This document shows positions 63,250-64,000 of a DNA stretch of 64,000 bases, one piece after another (within the stretch, counting starts at the first letter, position 1; each line of letters opens with the position of its first letter). The translations under genes and the position numbers were made by a program. The DNA lies in assembly GCF_018977255.1 (NCBI RefSeq), contig NW_024704743.1, positions 75,766,001-75,830,000 of the forward strand, written 5' to 3'. Under the pieces are notes generated by a model, which saw nothing but the letters and a program-made list of their open reading frames with translations, did no database searches and was not told where the DNA came from. The DNA is from Callorhinchus milii (lineage: Eukaryota).

Positions 63250-63713
63250 ACTTGCATTTGATATAGCATCTATAACGTTGAAATTTTACAAAGCGCTTCA
63301 CAAGTATTTGCTATGAGGCAAAGTGAATATATAATTGTAGGCAGAAATGTTGGCCAATTTTGACAAAGCAAAATCTCACAAACCGTTATGAAGTGAATGG
63401 TAAATTTAACTGGAGGATTGCCAGCCAGGACATCGGGAGACATTCCCTTTTCTTTTTGAATAATACACTGGGATCTACCCGTCCACCTGAACAAGCAGAT
63501 GGAACCTCAATTCAACAATTCAGCCAAAAACACAGAACGTTTGTCAATGCAGTGCACCTGCTGCAATGCCAGTATTAGATTGAAGTGTCACCCTGGACTG
63601 TGACCCCCAAGTCCTGAAATGTGACTTGAAACTACAAGCTTTTGACAGAGAACTGCTTCTCTGTCAAAAGCTTGTAGTTTCAAGTCACATTAACAACTGA
63701 GCTAGCCTGACAC
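63250..63713 (-). mobile_element. Old Deu-SINE whose tRNA head contains a fold-back duplication
   Basis: Tail, Deu domain and head ending aactgagctagcctgacac. Confidence 0.7.
63618..63691. repeat. Perfect 35-bp inverted repeat with 4-nt loop
   Basis: aatgtgacttgaaactacaagcttttgacagagaa-ctgc-ttctctgtcaaaagcttgtagtttcaagtcacatt. Confidence 0.97.
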
Positions 63714-64000
63714 ATTACCAAAACTTTAATTTAAACACTGCAATCAAACATTTTAATTTAATTTAGCCAGAAAACTGATCAAATTAAGAGGCACCATGAG
63801 GATTTCTATCAGGTTTCCAATGGCTCTCTTCAGAGGCTGATGAGGAAATGGCTGCCCAGGTCATTGCTCGTGTTTGGGCACAATTGTGTTGAGTGTGACA
63901 TAGAGATTAGTAAAACTCTACAATAAATAGAAAAGAAAATGAATGACAGTCAGGGAGGGCCATGTGCTTTGAGGATGCTTATATTTTGGTTCTCAAGGAG

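Overview
Eukaryotic, repeat-dense, mostly intronic vertebrate DNA. There are no prokaryotic genes, operons, CRISPR arrays, rRNA or intact tRNA genes. The repeats are L2-clade LINEs with (TTG)n tails, CR1 fragments, a young tRNA-Ala/CORE-like/Deu-3' SINE with (ATT)n tails and older Deu-domain SINEs. This content suggests a cartilaginous fish, probably a chimaera/elephant shark (inference). Three short minus-strand segments with canonical splice sites (58015-58045, 16774-16920, 451-580) chain in frame and may be exons of one large gene I cannot identify. Most ORFs in the track are decayed retroelement or chance ORFs. The most unusual structures are: (i) a TSD-flanked composite insertion in which a ~31-nt L2 tail is fused to an exact 247-bp inverted copy of DNA 0.7 kb away; (ii) two diverged inverted copies, 18 kb apart, of an unclassified ~750-bp non-coding element with an RFX X-box-like end; (iii) a perfect 35-bp fold-back hairpin inside a SINE head; (iv) recurrent locally templated fillers at retroposon 5' junctions; (v) a TSD-bounded 3-kb L2 with no recognisable ORF1. 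I found no convincing novel multi-gene system. Coordinates of old repeats are approximate.
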